A DNA stretch of 64,000 nucleotides from Andalucia godoyi And28 (lineage: Eukaryota; Protista; Jakobida): positions 211,710-275,709 of the forward strand of contig VRVR01000020.1 in NCBI GenBank assembly GCA_009859145.1, in the 5' to 3' direction. Of this stretch, positions 1 to 10,756 are shown one piece after another. Below the pieces are notes generated by a model. That model saw only the letters and a program-made list of their open reading frames with translations. It had not been told where the DNA came from and ran no database searches. Position 1 is the first letter of the stretch. Each line of letters opens with the position of its first letter. The position numbers and the translations under genes were made by a program.

Positions 1-265
1 TTTTCAAAAAAATTTGTTATAAATAAATAAATATTTAAATATTTAAAAATAAGTGAACATGACAAAATGAATGCTGAGACAAGGATGAACGAACGAAATT
101 TTAAAAACAGAGGCGACTTCGGATATTTATTCTGTTTGATGCCTCCTTTCTTTCGTTCAAGTTGCAGGAAAAATGCCGCTTTGCCAGACGGGAGGACGTA
201 CCTCGTACGTACGTGCAAAGTGCGTCAAGGTGCGAGCACCAGAACAAGCAGCAGGCCAGGAATAA

Positions 266-783
266 GGCGCTTCCATAAAAATTCAATTCGGAAAGCCCTG
301 CATTTCCTCAAGCCTTTCTTCTTTCCCCCTTTCCGTTTCTCTCGTTTCACCTTGGACTTCGTCGTGTCAAATAAAATATTGAATAAAACACTGCTGCGTT
401 CGTATTTTGATATTTCACCGTTTTTATTTGGCACCACATCCTCCTCACACTTCGCCACACGTTATCGGGTTTGTCGGCTTCGTCGGCTTCATACTTGCAC
501 ATCTTCGGAATCCGATGGTGTAGGCGGTGAAAGCTGCGCTCCAAGAGCGGCTGCGCCCTCCCGATCTGCACGATGCCCTCCCGATCTGCACGATGCCCTC
601 CTGAGTTGGGTGAACGATTTGTCGTTCATCACGTGTGTGCCGGAATCCACGCGGTATTCCCAGTGCAAGCGAGCTGGAGTCCTCGCGTGAGGCACTCATG
701 AACGATTGAAAATGTCTGGTTCTGCCGGACATTTCACGCCTCTCGCTCCTGGAACCCCTTGCGTTCATTTAAATGGGTGTGCC
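266..783 (-). mobile_element. MITE-like non-autonomous element, copy 1 (518 bp)
   Basis: Reverse complement of 15929-16454. Imperfect terminal inverted repeats (GGCACACCCATTTAAATGAA vs GGCGCTTCCATAAAAATTCA, 13/20 match). TA lies one base outside each end (263-264, 785-786). Carries a private 20-bp tandem duplication (561-600). No recognisable protein. Confidence 0.65.
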
Positions 784-909
784 TTAATAATCGGGGACAG
801 AAGAAGAAAGAAGAACAAGAACAACAGTGGCAATGGAGCATGAGGATAAAGGTGGTTTAAATTAACAAGACGACGTTTTGGAAGAACCAGACTTGGACAG
901 CTCCGTTGC

Positions 910-1641
910 TCAGCTGAATTGCAACATGAGCGAAGGACTAGTTTCGCCATTGACAGGTTGAAACTCACTGTGAACGAAAAAGGTATCATACGCTTTCCAC
1001 AACACCCGTTCCTGATCATCTTCGTCCACCGGGTCCGGGAAGAAAAACGTGAACGATTTTGAAAGAACTGCACAAGCCAGCCACGTTTCGACGGCAGGAG
1101 TCTGCGTGAGGACGGCTTGAAAGATCTTTGAAATGGAGGTCTTCATCCCCGACGTTGTCGCTGCCTTCGACACCATGACAGAAGGGCTTGCTTCTTGCAC
1201 ACATTCGAGGATCGCGTGTCGCGTATCTTCGTCGTTCAGGTCTGCTCCGGAAAGGTACGCCACGAGTGCTGCATTCCGCAGCCCGGTCCACACAGGAAGA
1301 AATACATGCACTGGAATGTTCACGAGCGGAATGTTCTGCAGGAGCGCAGCGGCACCCTCATGAATCAGCTTCTTCATGTCGATGCGTTCGTTCGGCTCCT
1401 GCATGATGAGATGGGCCATTACTCTCGACGGGGTTCCGTACACCTCCAAATTCCGGGACGCCCGCTCGGCAGTGCTCTCCAGGATTCCAGGAATACCATG
1501 GACCACAAAACCCATGATCGTGTCCATGGTTATTTCTGTCGGACTGCCAAACGCAAACGACGCAGACGGCGGAAGTCCTGCCGTCAAGACTGCGAGCAAG
1601 AGAAGCGTCGCAAGAGCATTCGCCCGTCTCGTGGTGCACAT
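910..1641 (-). CDS. EcsC-family-like protein with N-terminal hydrophobic signal/anchor (243 aa)
   Basis: ATG-TGA ORF. N-terminal ALATLLLLAVLTAG segment. LRNAALVAYLSGADLNDEDTRHAILECV resembles the EcsC core (R..A.IA...G.DL.D...R..IL.C). Confidence 0.5.
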   Translation of the reverse strand: MCTTRRANALATLLLLAVLTAGLPPSASFAFGSPTEITMDTIMGFVVHGIPGILESTAERASRNLEVYGTPSRVMAHLIMQEPNERIDMKKLIHEGAAALLQNIPLVNIPVHVFLPVWTGLRNAALVAYLSGADLNDEDTRHAILECVQEASPSVMVSKAATTSGMKTSISKIFQAVLTQTPAVETWLACAVLSKSFTFFFPDPVDEDDQERVLWKAYDTFFVHSEFQPVNGETSPSLMLQFS

Positions 1642-1965
1642 TATGAGTACTCTGAGGCGGATTTGATATTATATTGGTATGTAATTAAACGAGATGATGG
1701 GGAAACAAGCCGACAGCGACAGACACAGCGGGAGGAGAGCGATCGGAAGCAGAGAAGCTCAGACAACCGCATTTATACATAAAAAGCTTGCATTCTTTTT
1801 TATGTTGTCGCACGAAGCCATACAACTCGAACAGTTCATTGCTGCCTTTTTTCCCTCTTCGCCCCATACTTGGTTAAACCGCAACCGCTCTTGATTTCCA
1901 CGCGAGACTTTTGGGCGCGCTCAAAACAAAACAAAAACGAAACAGGGTTTACTGCTTGTTGTTAT

Positions 1966-2250
1966 TCACACCCTTCTTCGGCCCGTATCATCGTCTTCAA
2001 GAGGCAGATCGTACACCTCATGGAACTCCAAAAGAGCTTTCATCTGCGTGATCCCTTCATCAGCACGCGTCAAGCACCACGTCGCATATTCCACTGAGCC
2101 CTTCGACTTGTCTCCGAATTTCCGAAATGTATCGTACGCTTCTTTTTGGATGCGCTTGAAGTACTCGGGAGGAAGTTTCCTCGCCAACTGCAAGATCACT
2201 CGGTACTTTCCCAAAACCACCGAGCGTGGAATGACTGCGTGGTGGTTCAT
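1966..2250 (-). CDS. LYR-motif (Complex1_LYR-like) small protein (94 aa)
   Basis: VVLGKYRVILQLARKLP...Y...AYDTFRK follows the LYR pattern V+.LYR.+LR.AR.+P...F, with KYR in place of LYR. Confidence 0.6.
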   Translation of the reverse strand: MNHHAVIPRSVVLGKYRVILQLARKLPPEYFKRIQKEAYDTFRKFGDKSKGSVEYATWCLTRADEGITQMKALLEFHEVYDLPLEDDDTGRRRV

Positions 2251-2288
2251 CTTGTGTGAGAGAAAGAACGTCTGTGAGTAACTCAGCC

Positions 2289-2669
2289 TCAGCTGTTGTG
2301 AATTGAATCCGATACAGTAGATGGTGGAATCGATGGTCTGGACAGCGTGGAAGCCTGTGCAGACTGGGAAGCTTTGTCGTTCACCGACTGGGCAAGTTCC
2401 TTGTGTATGTGTTCCCGAGCAGCTCTTTTTGACTGTCGAATTCTCCTAAAAGCAGAGTTTGAGGGAATTTCAGAGGAAGAAGAAGAAGAAGAAACAGCAG
2501 CAGCTCCGTACGAATTCCTATTGCTTGCTGAAGATCCAGTTGCACCGCTGCTGCTTGATAAGGAACGCGGAAAGGCAGGCAGCGAGGCAGCGAGGACTTT
2601 TCTTCTTGCTCTTCGGTCCAGAATTCGATGAAGCTGTTTCGGATTCACCTTCACCGTAAATTCACTCAT
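2289..2669 (-). CDS. NF-YA (CBF-B/Hap2)-like small protein, subunit-interaction helix only (126 aa)
   Basis: VKVNPKQLHRILDRRARRKVL matches the NF-YA A1 helix YVNAKQYHRILKRR. The rest is Ser-rich with no clear YLHESRH...GGRF DNA-binding helix. Confidence 0.5.
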   Translation of the reverse strand: MSEFTVKVNPKQLHRILDRRARRKVLAASLPAFPRSLSSSSGATGSSASNRNSYGAAAVSSSSSSSEIPSNSAFRRIRQSKRAAREHIHKELAQSVNDKASQSAQASTLSRPSIPPSTVSDSIHNS

Positions 2670-3045
2670 ATACTACACTACTCGTGAAAAGTAGCACCCT
2701 TTTTCCTTTTTTCCCCTTTTCGTCCATAGTATTAATTATTTTGAAAACGTTCCGTCTTCCAAAAACCCAATCGGCTTGTCCACATTGTTTTCCCTTTTGC
2801 CAATTCATGAGTTCACGAGCCCCGACTCAACAGAAGCGGCTGTAGTTGTGGGCGTTTTTTTTTTTCGCGGATCTGTTTTTCTTTTCTTCGCATCCTTTGT
2901 TTAATTCGTGATGTTTTTTCTACGTTGTTGTTCTACGTGGATTTAGGTTTTTCTCCTCGCAATTTGGGATATTTTGAATCTGGCTCTACGGGGAGGGAAA
3001 AAAAGAAAGAAAAAGAAACAAGAATTGTAATTATACTGAAGAAGA

Positions 3046-6000
3046 ATGACGGGCGTGGTGGCGGTTGACTCTCCAGAGACATTGGAGCAAGTTTTGGGGA
3101 TGCTTTTGCAGCCTGATTCCAGGATTCTCGCTTCTGCAGAAGCATCTTTAGCTCCGTTTATGCGATCCAAACAGTGTGTTCCTGCATTTCTGCAGCAGAT
3201 GACGGATTCTCAAAATCCTGGAATTCGACAAATGGGGGCGGTACTCTTGCGCTCAAGAATCTCTCGGTTTTGGTCGAAGCTTTCAGTGGAAGATCGTAAC
3301 CAAACGAAGCAAGTTTTGCTGCATTTGCTTGTGCATGAGCCGCTGACTGTTGTTCGCTTATCCGTTGCAAACCTGATCGCGGATCTTGCAAAGTACACTG
3401 TCCCTGCCCATCAATGGCCGGAGTTGTTCCCATTTATGTTTCAGTGCTTTTCGAGCTCCGACTCGGTTCATCGCGACATTGCAATTCGTTTGTTTGAATT
3501 TATGTTGTCGACGATCGGCCCTTCGCTGAAAGGTTTTATGGGACCTATTATGCAGGTGCTGAGTTCTGCGTTGGCGGATGCTGAAGCGGCTGTCCGTGCT
3601 GCGGCAATACGATGCTTGAATGCATTACTGGATAACATTGAGGGCACCGAACATGTTGCTGCGCTAATTGCAATGATTCCCGTCATGCTGAATGCAATGG
3701 TCTACTGCGTGCAGACCCGCCAGAACGAGCCAATCTTTGAGGGACTCGACGTGATGATTCAAGTGACGAATACAAATCTAGATGACTTGGTCCCCTTTAT
3801 CCCGCAGTACGTGGAGTTTGTGATCTCCGTCGCGAGTGCGCAGCAAGTGGAAGTTTCCACGCGGGAGAAGGCTCTGGACTACATCGTCCTGTTGGCAAAC
3901 ATGAGACCAAAGTTGCTGTATCAAAAGTTCCAACTTCTGAACACGATTCTGGGCGGAATGTTCAGTGTAATGGCAGAAAAGATGGATTTGGATGTCACGG
4001 ACGAAAGTGAAGACGGCGCACAGAAATTGGGATCGAACTCTCTCAAGGAATTGAGTTTGCACATTCCATCCAAGCATTTGTGGCCTGTGGCTGAGGCAAT
4101 GTGCGGTCAGGGATTCCAATCTGCGGATGCAGGAAGTCGTCGTGCCGCCCTTGTCGCCATCGCGATTCTTAGCGAAACTTGCAATGATCAGGTTCGGGAC
4201 AATCTTGCCCAGCTTGTTCGAGGTGCTGTCCATTTGCTGGCAGGAGATCCCGATATTACAGTTCGAGACGCAGCGTGCTTCACCATTGCACAGTTTTCCG
4301 AACATCTGTATCCCGAGATTTTGGAGTTCCATGGTGACGTTATCCCTCCGCTTTTACGGCTGCTTTCGGCGCCGTCAACACACCCCATTGTTCAAGAATC
4401 CGTTTGTCTGGTGCTGGATTCCTACTGTGAGTACTTTGGAGAGCGGATCGACCCGTATCTCCGAGCGATGATGGAGACGTTCTCTTCTGTAATGCAGCAT
4501 GGGAAACTCATGGGCCAAGCTGCAGCGATCGGCGCGATTGCAGCCGTTGCTCTTGCAGCCCGCCATTTGTTTGTTCCGTACGCGCACAGCACGATGGACT
4601 TCCTCGAGCATCTCATGGGCATTCATGACCCTCTTCGGATTGTCCTGCGGGCTCGAGCAACGGAGGCATTAGGAAACATTGCAGTTGCAATCGGAAACGA
4701 GCATTTTGCCCCGAGGCTGGATAGAGTAATTCAACGAGCCGTGGAAGGCTTTTCCATCCAGAATCCGGAACTGAATGAGTATACGTACGGGCTGTTTTGC
4801 TCTCTCGCCGAAGTGATGCCGCTTGCTCTGGTTCCTCTTCTGCCAAAGATCGTCCCTCTTGCTTGTTCTTCTTGTTTTTCCGATGCAGGAATCTTAGCAA
4901 GCGAGGTCGAGAGAACGCAGTTGTTTGGAGCGCAACCAAGAGTTAACGTTGGGGATGGTGAAGTGGGCGAGGGCGAGGACGAGAACGATGAGGAGGACAT
5001 CGATTTTGGAGAAGAGGACGAAGAAAATGATATTCATTTGAAGATTCCATATTCGATTTTAGACGAAAAAGCCGCTGCAGTGGCTGTCTTGGCGAAGCTC
5101 GCCCGTTTCACGGGAACCGCATTTGCTCCATTTCTCCATGACGCGTCGGACGCCGTGTTGTCTCTCTCGAAGTTTCTTCACGAGCACGTTCGCATGAACA
5201 TCCCTGAGGCGATATTTGGGTTCGTGAAAGTGTTGAGTGAAAGCGGGCTCCCGGCAACGGACGAGACATCGCGCATTTTCGAAGTCTCCATGTCCACCAT
5301 GCTGCACTATCTTGAAGCTGACGAGTCTCGGACTGTGTGCTTGAAATCATGCGAGTATTTGCAGGAAATCGCAAAGGTCACCGGTCCTACTCCCTTGGGC
5401 CCGTTTCTCGAAGACTTTGTTTCGGCATGGCAGCTGTTGCTCCAGAAGAAAGCAGTCTGCCAAACTCTATGTTATGATGAAGCGGACGGGGATGACGACG
5501 ACGAAGACACGAATCGGAACCTCACGGATGCCGTTGGGGATTCCATTATTGCTTTTGCGCAGGTTTTTGGCGAATCCTTTAAGCCTGCTGTTGATGTTCT
5601 GGAACCATTCTTGATGAAGTACGCAGACAAGCGGCGATCCGAAGACGACCGCATTATGGCAACCGGCGTGCTTGCAGAGTGTGCGCGGTTCCTTGGAGCG
5701 CATTGTCCCCTTTATGCCGGAAAATGGTTCTCCCAAGCTTGGGCTTGGACAAATTCTGATTCCGTGTCAGTCCAGCGGAATGCGATTTTCATGCTTGGAG
5801 TCCTCGCCGTCAATGGAGGGCCATCCACTCAGGCGAAATTCTCGGAATTAATGCAGCTGTTCCTGTCGATTTCGAAGCTAGACGCACCTGCCGAGATCAA
5901 GGACAACGCAGCGGGTGCCATTGCCCGCATCGTTCAAAAATTTGGTTCTACCCTTCCTCTTGGACCGGTCGTGCAGTTGCTCGTTGATTTCTTGCCAATC

Positions 6001-6265
6001 CGTGTGGACATGATTGAAGCAGCGAACGTTGTCACAATCGTGAAGTCCTTGGTTTCGGAGCCTGTTTTGCATCCTCATTTAAACAAGATTGTTAGCGGTT
6101 TTCTGGAAACAACCGCTCTTCCGGACGCAACTCGAGAACTGCGAATTGCAACAATGGAATGCTTGCAAGTCATCCGTGAACGGTTCGGTGATGCCACGCT
6201 GCAACAGGCACTGGTCAGTTCCAAAGATGCTCCTCGGCTGTATGATCAATTACGAAATAACTTAG

Positions 6266-6270
<5 letters not shown>
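3046..6270 (+). CDS. IPO4: Importin-4 (Kap123), HEAT-repeat karyopherin (1074 aa)
   Basis: IBN_N-like start (LLQPDSRILASAE...IRQMGAVLLRSRISRFW), HEAT repeats (VRDAACFTIAQFSEHLYPEI), acidic loops, and C-terminal DNAAGAIAR and LP+..D..E motifs. Confidence 0.88.
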
Positions 6271-6299
<29 letters not shown>

Positions 6300-6314
6300 A
6301 CACACACACACACA
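6269..6314. repeat. (GA)14(CA)9 microsatellite starting within the IPO4 stop codon
   Basis: Read directly from the sequence. Confidence 0.95.
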
Positions 6315-6678
6315 GACGGGAATGGTGCACGCAATATCTACTGGGGAAGAACGCTTCGGGAGTATTGGGGCCTGCCACCTTTTGAATTGAATTCACATTC
6401 GACCATCCTCCCTTGTAGCCTTTTCTATGTACATTCTCCGCCATCCCCAAGGATAATGATGGAGATTGTGTATGCAGCCGCCTACATTGTTCAACGTGGC
6501 GCATTGGTTGCACTCCAACTGCCGTAATGCATCTCCGCTGGATGGCTTCAAAAGGCGTTCCGATCAAAAAGATCGGACATCGGAGGTCTCTGCGTATCCG
6601 TGAATCCCCGCTCTGCGAAAACTTTTCATCATTCCTTCGGCAGGAATCAAGATCGGAAATGCTCTTTTTCAGCATATT

Positions 6679-6712
6679 GAGTGTGTGAGTGAGTGTGTGA
6701 GTGAGTGTGTGA

Positions 6713-6752
<40 letters not shown>
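6679..6752. repeat. GAGT/GT compound microsatellite
   Basis: Read directly. It produces the spurious MCVCVC leader of the 6717 ORF. Confidence 0.95.
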
Positions 6753-6755
<3 letters not shown>

Positions 6756-6893
6756 GGTTTTTGCGTTTGGATATCCAGCAACCAGGTCTTTCATTCACTA
6801 TATACACGTAAATATTTGGAATCCATCCTTCGTACAGGGGGGAGACTGAGAAATCGATTGGATTTCGAGGAGAGTTTCCGGAACCGAAGAGAA

Positions 6894-9800
6894 ATGAGCT
6901 GCGGCGACTTCTCTGTTCTGTCGCTTCTGCCTTTGCTGCTTCTGCTGGTCGTTCCGCTGTGTTCTGCATATAGATTTTGTATTGATTCGACGTTTCATCT
7001 TCAAAACTGCGATGGCTACTATCCTTCTGTACAGAGCATCGTCACTTCGGCCCATTTTGTAAATGGTTCCCAGATTGTAATGTTTGACGGTTCGTACGCC
7101 GGTCCTGGCTTCTGCAACATTACGTTTCCACTTGTGCATGATTTGACGATTCTGGGAAATACAGAAGTGAATTGCAATGAGGATTCTCCCGGATGGACAT
7201 TCACACCGGCTTCTTCAAGAATATACATATCTGGTGTGTCATTCGCTTGGTGCTACTCCACTCGAAACGGGGCCGCTCTGTCCTTAACCGGCGTTTCGAA
7301 CGTAACGATTACCGACGCATTTTTCGGTTTTAGCACCAGCCGCGTCCCTTTGAACTGCATTAACGACGAAGAATGCTATGATTTGAGCGATGTGGGCATT
7401 GGGGGTGCTCTGGCAATTACTGGCTCTGTGAATGTTTCGGTTCGCAGCTGCCAATTCCTTCTTAATTATGCAAGTTCCGATAATTTTTACGGCTATTCTG
7501 GGAACGGTGGCGGCATAGGAATCTCAAAGTCACAACATATACTTGTTAGCGACTGCACGTTCGTTGGGAACATGGCGGATAATTGGGCGGGAGGGGTCTC
7601 CATGGGCTTTTCCTTGGATGTCCGCATAGAGGGATGCCGATTTCTGAAGAATGTTGCAGGCTGGCAAGGCGGAGCTGTGGTTGCGTTTGGAGGGACGTCG
7701 TTCTCTATCACTGGCTCGGATTTTATTGAAAACTCTGTTGGACCGCAATCTGCAGTTGGCGAGGGAGGGGCCATTTTCTTGCGAGATCCGATGCCGTCGT
7801 CGATCGAGAAATGCACCTTCATTAATAATGTTGCACAAGCTGTCAGTGGTGCAATTTCATTTCGCCAGTCTTCGGGTCCAGATACGGAGACTGGTCTGTC
7901 TGTTACAGATTCAGTGTTTCATAATAACCAAGCGTCTGCATTTGGAGCGGCGTGTTCCCTGTTTGCCTCCTCCCAGTTCACGAGATGCTCGTTTACGAAC
8001 CATACTGTGGCAAACGTAGGTGGGTCATTGTACATTGCTGGATCATCCACGATTTTGATCAACTGCAATTTTAGTGGCAATTCTGCAACGCAGTATGGGG
8101 GATCCATCTCCGTGAACGGCTGGGCATCGAATCTATACATGTTTGGAACTGTTATCATTTCCAACAGCGTTTCTGGATCTTTTGGTGGTGGTTTGTATCT
8201 GGATACCGGGGCGTTTGTGTCGGCATCGTCTGGTTGCACCATCAACGTGTGGAACAATTCAGCTTTTGATTCTGGGGGCGGCGTGTTCGTCAACACGTAC
8301 GGGGGCCTTTCAGTTACAGGCACTATGTCATTCGTTGGAAACACCGCAGTCAACGAAGGTGGCGGCTTGTTTCTCGGAACGCAGGCGTCATTTGAAGTCT
8401 ATGGGACCACCATTTTTGACTCGAACTCTGCGCTCTCCGGTGGTGGCTTGCAGCACAATCAGGCGTATCTTCCAGCGTTGTCGGCGGGAACTGGAAATGG
8501 ACAAATGATTTTCACGAGAAATGTTGCAGGTTTTGGAGGTGCAATCTCGTTGAATCACCTTGGCGGCTTGACGATGTCAGGTGTCAGCAATATATCGCTG
8601 GTGGAAAATAACGCGCTGGGAATAGGCGGTGCAATGTTTCTCTTTTCCGACTTGTTCAATCTCACATCGATCATTCCGGAGAATCTCGCCGTTTTGATCG
8701 GGACCACCGAAGTCTTCGTTTCTGGTAACACGGCTCGACATACCGTCAACCAACTTCCCGCTGCGTTCGGCTCTGGCCCATTTCAGATTCTGCCTTGTTC
8801 GTCTGACGTCGTTGGGACCATTTTGGGACCGTTTAATCATGGGCGGCCTTCCACTTTTCAGGTTTGCGTTGCAGATGCTTTCGCAAAGGTTTTGGTATTC
8901 GCCCCCGAAGGTTCCATGCTGCTGCAAATTGAAGAAGGCGGATCATCGTTTCCAAGCCCAGTCGTCGCATCCTGCGTGAATGGCGTTTCTTATTTCTCCG
9001 GTGTGCAACTGTACTCCTCAAACTCTTCCTCGAATGACATCCTTGTGCGATTTACATACCAAATTCAGCAAGAGTCTGCATTGAATTTGGTGATCATGAT
9101 TCAGTCTGCAACGTTTCCCGTGCAGATTCTCCCGTGCCCGCCAGGATTCATGTCACAGAACGTATCTGGAATTGACGTGTGTTCTTCATGCCCACAGGGG
9201 ACCTATAACTTGCAGCCGTCCTCTCCGTCCTGTTTTTCTTGTCCCGATGCCAGTTTGGCTTCCTGCAGTCCATCGAAAATCCTCACGGAGTCGAATGTGT
9301 GGCTCCTTGAAGATGGCTCTGGCCCGGTGTCTTTGTACACCTGTCCCCTTGGCTACTGCAAAGATGATAATCAATGTTTTTCAAACAGAGATCCAAAAAG
9401 CCCCCTGTGTTCCTCGTGTCTGCCTGGATATTCGGAATGGAATCTCGAGTGCATCCGTTGCTCGGAAACCGGAAACGGAGTTATTATTTTCAGCGTTATT
9501 ATCGGTCTTTGGGCCTGTATTGCTATCTTCCATTTTGTCTGCCGTTCTGCGATTGGCATGACGTCTATTTTCTTTTACTATACTGTTACTTGTTCAATGG
9601 TGCTTCCGCCTCTTGGATCCTCAGATCTGCGAATTCAAAGCGTGTTCTCCTTGCAACCATTTTCATTTGGGCCTGACACGTGTCCCTTTAGTCGGGATGG
9701 CATTGGCTTGTACCTCACAAGATTGTTTTACCCTGCTGTGTTGTTTGGCCTTATTTTGATGACCGCATTCGTACACTTTTTGTCGTTTCGTCTTTTCAAA

Positions 9801-10628
9801 TCCATGGATTTCAACATGTGGCAGTACCTTCGCTCTGCATTTGTCCTTGCCCTTTCCGTCCAGCAATCTCTTTCAATCGTGATGTTTGATTTTCTGAATG
9901 TTGTGGACGTTGGAACCTGGAAGATCGTGTACGGGTTCCCATTCATCGATGCCTCCTCTCATCGATACACATCACTTGCTGCATTTACCATTTTTGTTCT
10001 GATCCTCGTTTCAGCGGGGATTCCTTTTGTGGTGTTGATTTTGTGCGCAATTCATAAGCGAAGGCCGTTTCTTAAGGGATCTGCGCTGTATGCGCTGTTT
10101 GAAGGTTTTCGTCCCGATCAGCCATTCGGTCCATTCTTCTTCATTATGCGACGCGTATCCGTCCCTGCTTTGAACTTCTTCATGACCATTCGTTACAGAT
10201 ACCATTCGTCGTCTCGTGTCGCTGCTATCATGTTTCTGAATGTATGTTTCCTCTTCTCGCACGAAAGACTGACTCCGTACGCCAGCGAATTTCTAAACGT
10301 CGTCGATGCAGGTTCATTGTTGGGGGTCTGCTTTGTGTGCATGTCGGTATTGTTTTACGAGGATTCCGGTTCGGTTTACTTGACTGCGGCGGTGTTTTGG
10401 TCAATTTTTGCAATTTTTGCAATACTGCTGTTTATGTCTTTTGTGTGGAAATCAGCTACCGTTGCGAGGCGGTTTCGGTTCTTCCAGCGTGTATTTCAAA
10501 AACCGCCTACCAATCTGAATGTTCCTGCAGAGATGACCAGGATCAATCACGGTCCTGACTCATTTCTAGATCCGTTGTTGTCCAAGACTGGGGTATCCTC
10601 ATCTTCTTCGACGTCGTCCCTATTGTAG
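6894..10628 (+). CDS. Pmp/polymorphic-repeat beta-helix surface protein with Cys-rich stalk and multi-pass TM C-terminus (1244 aa)
   Basis: Signal peptide MSCGDFSVLSLLPLLLLLVVPLCSA from ATG 6894. About 15 GG[A/G][I/L/V]/FxxN repeats. CPPGF...CSSCPQGTY...CPLGYC...C.SC.PGYS Cys-rich region, followed by several hydrophobic helices. Confidence 0.8.
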   Translation: MSCGDFSVLSLLPLLLLLVVPLCSAYRFCIDSTFHLQNCDGYYPSVQSIVTSAHFVNGSQIVMFDGSYAGPGFCNITFPLVHDLTILGNTEVNCNEDSPGWTFTPASSRIYISGVSFAWCYSTRNGAALSLTGVSNVTITDAFFGFSTSRVPLNCINDEECYDLSDVGIGGALAITGSVNVSVRSCQFLLNYASSDNFYGYSGNGGGIGISKSQHILVSDCTFVGNMADNWAGGVSMGFSLDVRIEGCRFLKNVAGWQGGAVVAFGGTSFSITGSDFIENSVGPQSAVGEGGAIFLRDPMPSSIEKCTFINNVAQAVSGAISFRQSSGPDTETGLSVTDSVFHNNQASAFGAACSLFASSQFTRCSFTNHTVANVGGSLYIAGSSTILINCNFSGNSATQYGGSISVNGWASNLYMFGTVIISNSVSGSFGGGLYLDTGAFVSASSGCTINVWNNSAFDSGGGVFVNTYGGLSVTGTMSFVGNTAVNEGGGLFLGTQASFEVYGTTIFDSNSALSGGGLQHNQAYLPALSAGTGNGQMIFTRNVAGFGGAISLNHLGGLTMSGVSNISLVENNALGIGGAMFLFSDLFNLTSIIPENLAVLIGTTEVFVSGNTARHTVNQLPAAFGSGPFQILPCSSDVVGTILGPFNHGRPSTFQVCVADAFAKVLVFAPEGSMLLQIEEGGSSFPSPVVASCVNGVSYFSGVQLYSSNSSSNDILVRFTYQIQQESALNLVIMIQSATFPVQILPCPPGFMSQNVSGIDVCSSCPQGTYNLQPSSPSCFSCPDASLASCSPSKILTESNVWLLEDGSGPVSLYTCPLGYCKDDNQCFSNRDPKSPLCSSCLPGYSEWNLECIRCSETGNGVIIFSVIIGLWACIAIFHFVCRSAIGMTSIFFYYTVTCSMVLPPLGSSDLRIQSVFSLQPFSFGPDTCPFSRDGIGLYLTRLFYPAVLFGLILMTAFVHFLSFRLFKSMDFNMWQYLRSAFVLALSVQQSLSIVMFDFLNVVDVGTWKIVYGFPFIDASSHRYTSLAAFTIFVLILVSAGIPFVVLILCAIHKRRPFLKGSALYALFEGFRPDQPFGPFFFIMRRVSVPALNFFMTIRYRYHSSSRVAAIMFLNVCFLFSHERLTPYASEFLNVVDAGSLLGVCFVCMSVLFYEDSGSVYLTAAVFWSIFAIFAILLFMSFVWKSATVARRFRFFQRVFQKPPTNLNVPAEMTRINHGPDSFLDPLLSKTGVSSSSSTSSLL

Positions 10629-10756
10629 TCTCTTTGTCTTCTATCTTCTGTTTTCTGAACATTCTCACATGGCTGGGGGTTGATCAATGTGGCTAAATAA
10701 ACTTCGTTGATACTGCATCGTCCAGCACTTCTGTACCTTTTTTTGGGGGGGCGATT

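Noticed and set aside
67-768. ORFs within the repeat (207, 107, 77, 74 aa and their copies at 15944-16492) as a transposase or real genes
   Set aside because: No DDE or other motif. Frames are broken differently in the two copies, and substitutions are not enriched at synonymous positions.
6717-6893. MCVCVC... N-terminal extension of the Pmp-like protein
   Set aside because: It is a translation of a GT microsatellite; the signal peptide starts at ATG 6894.
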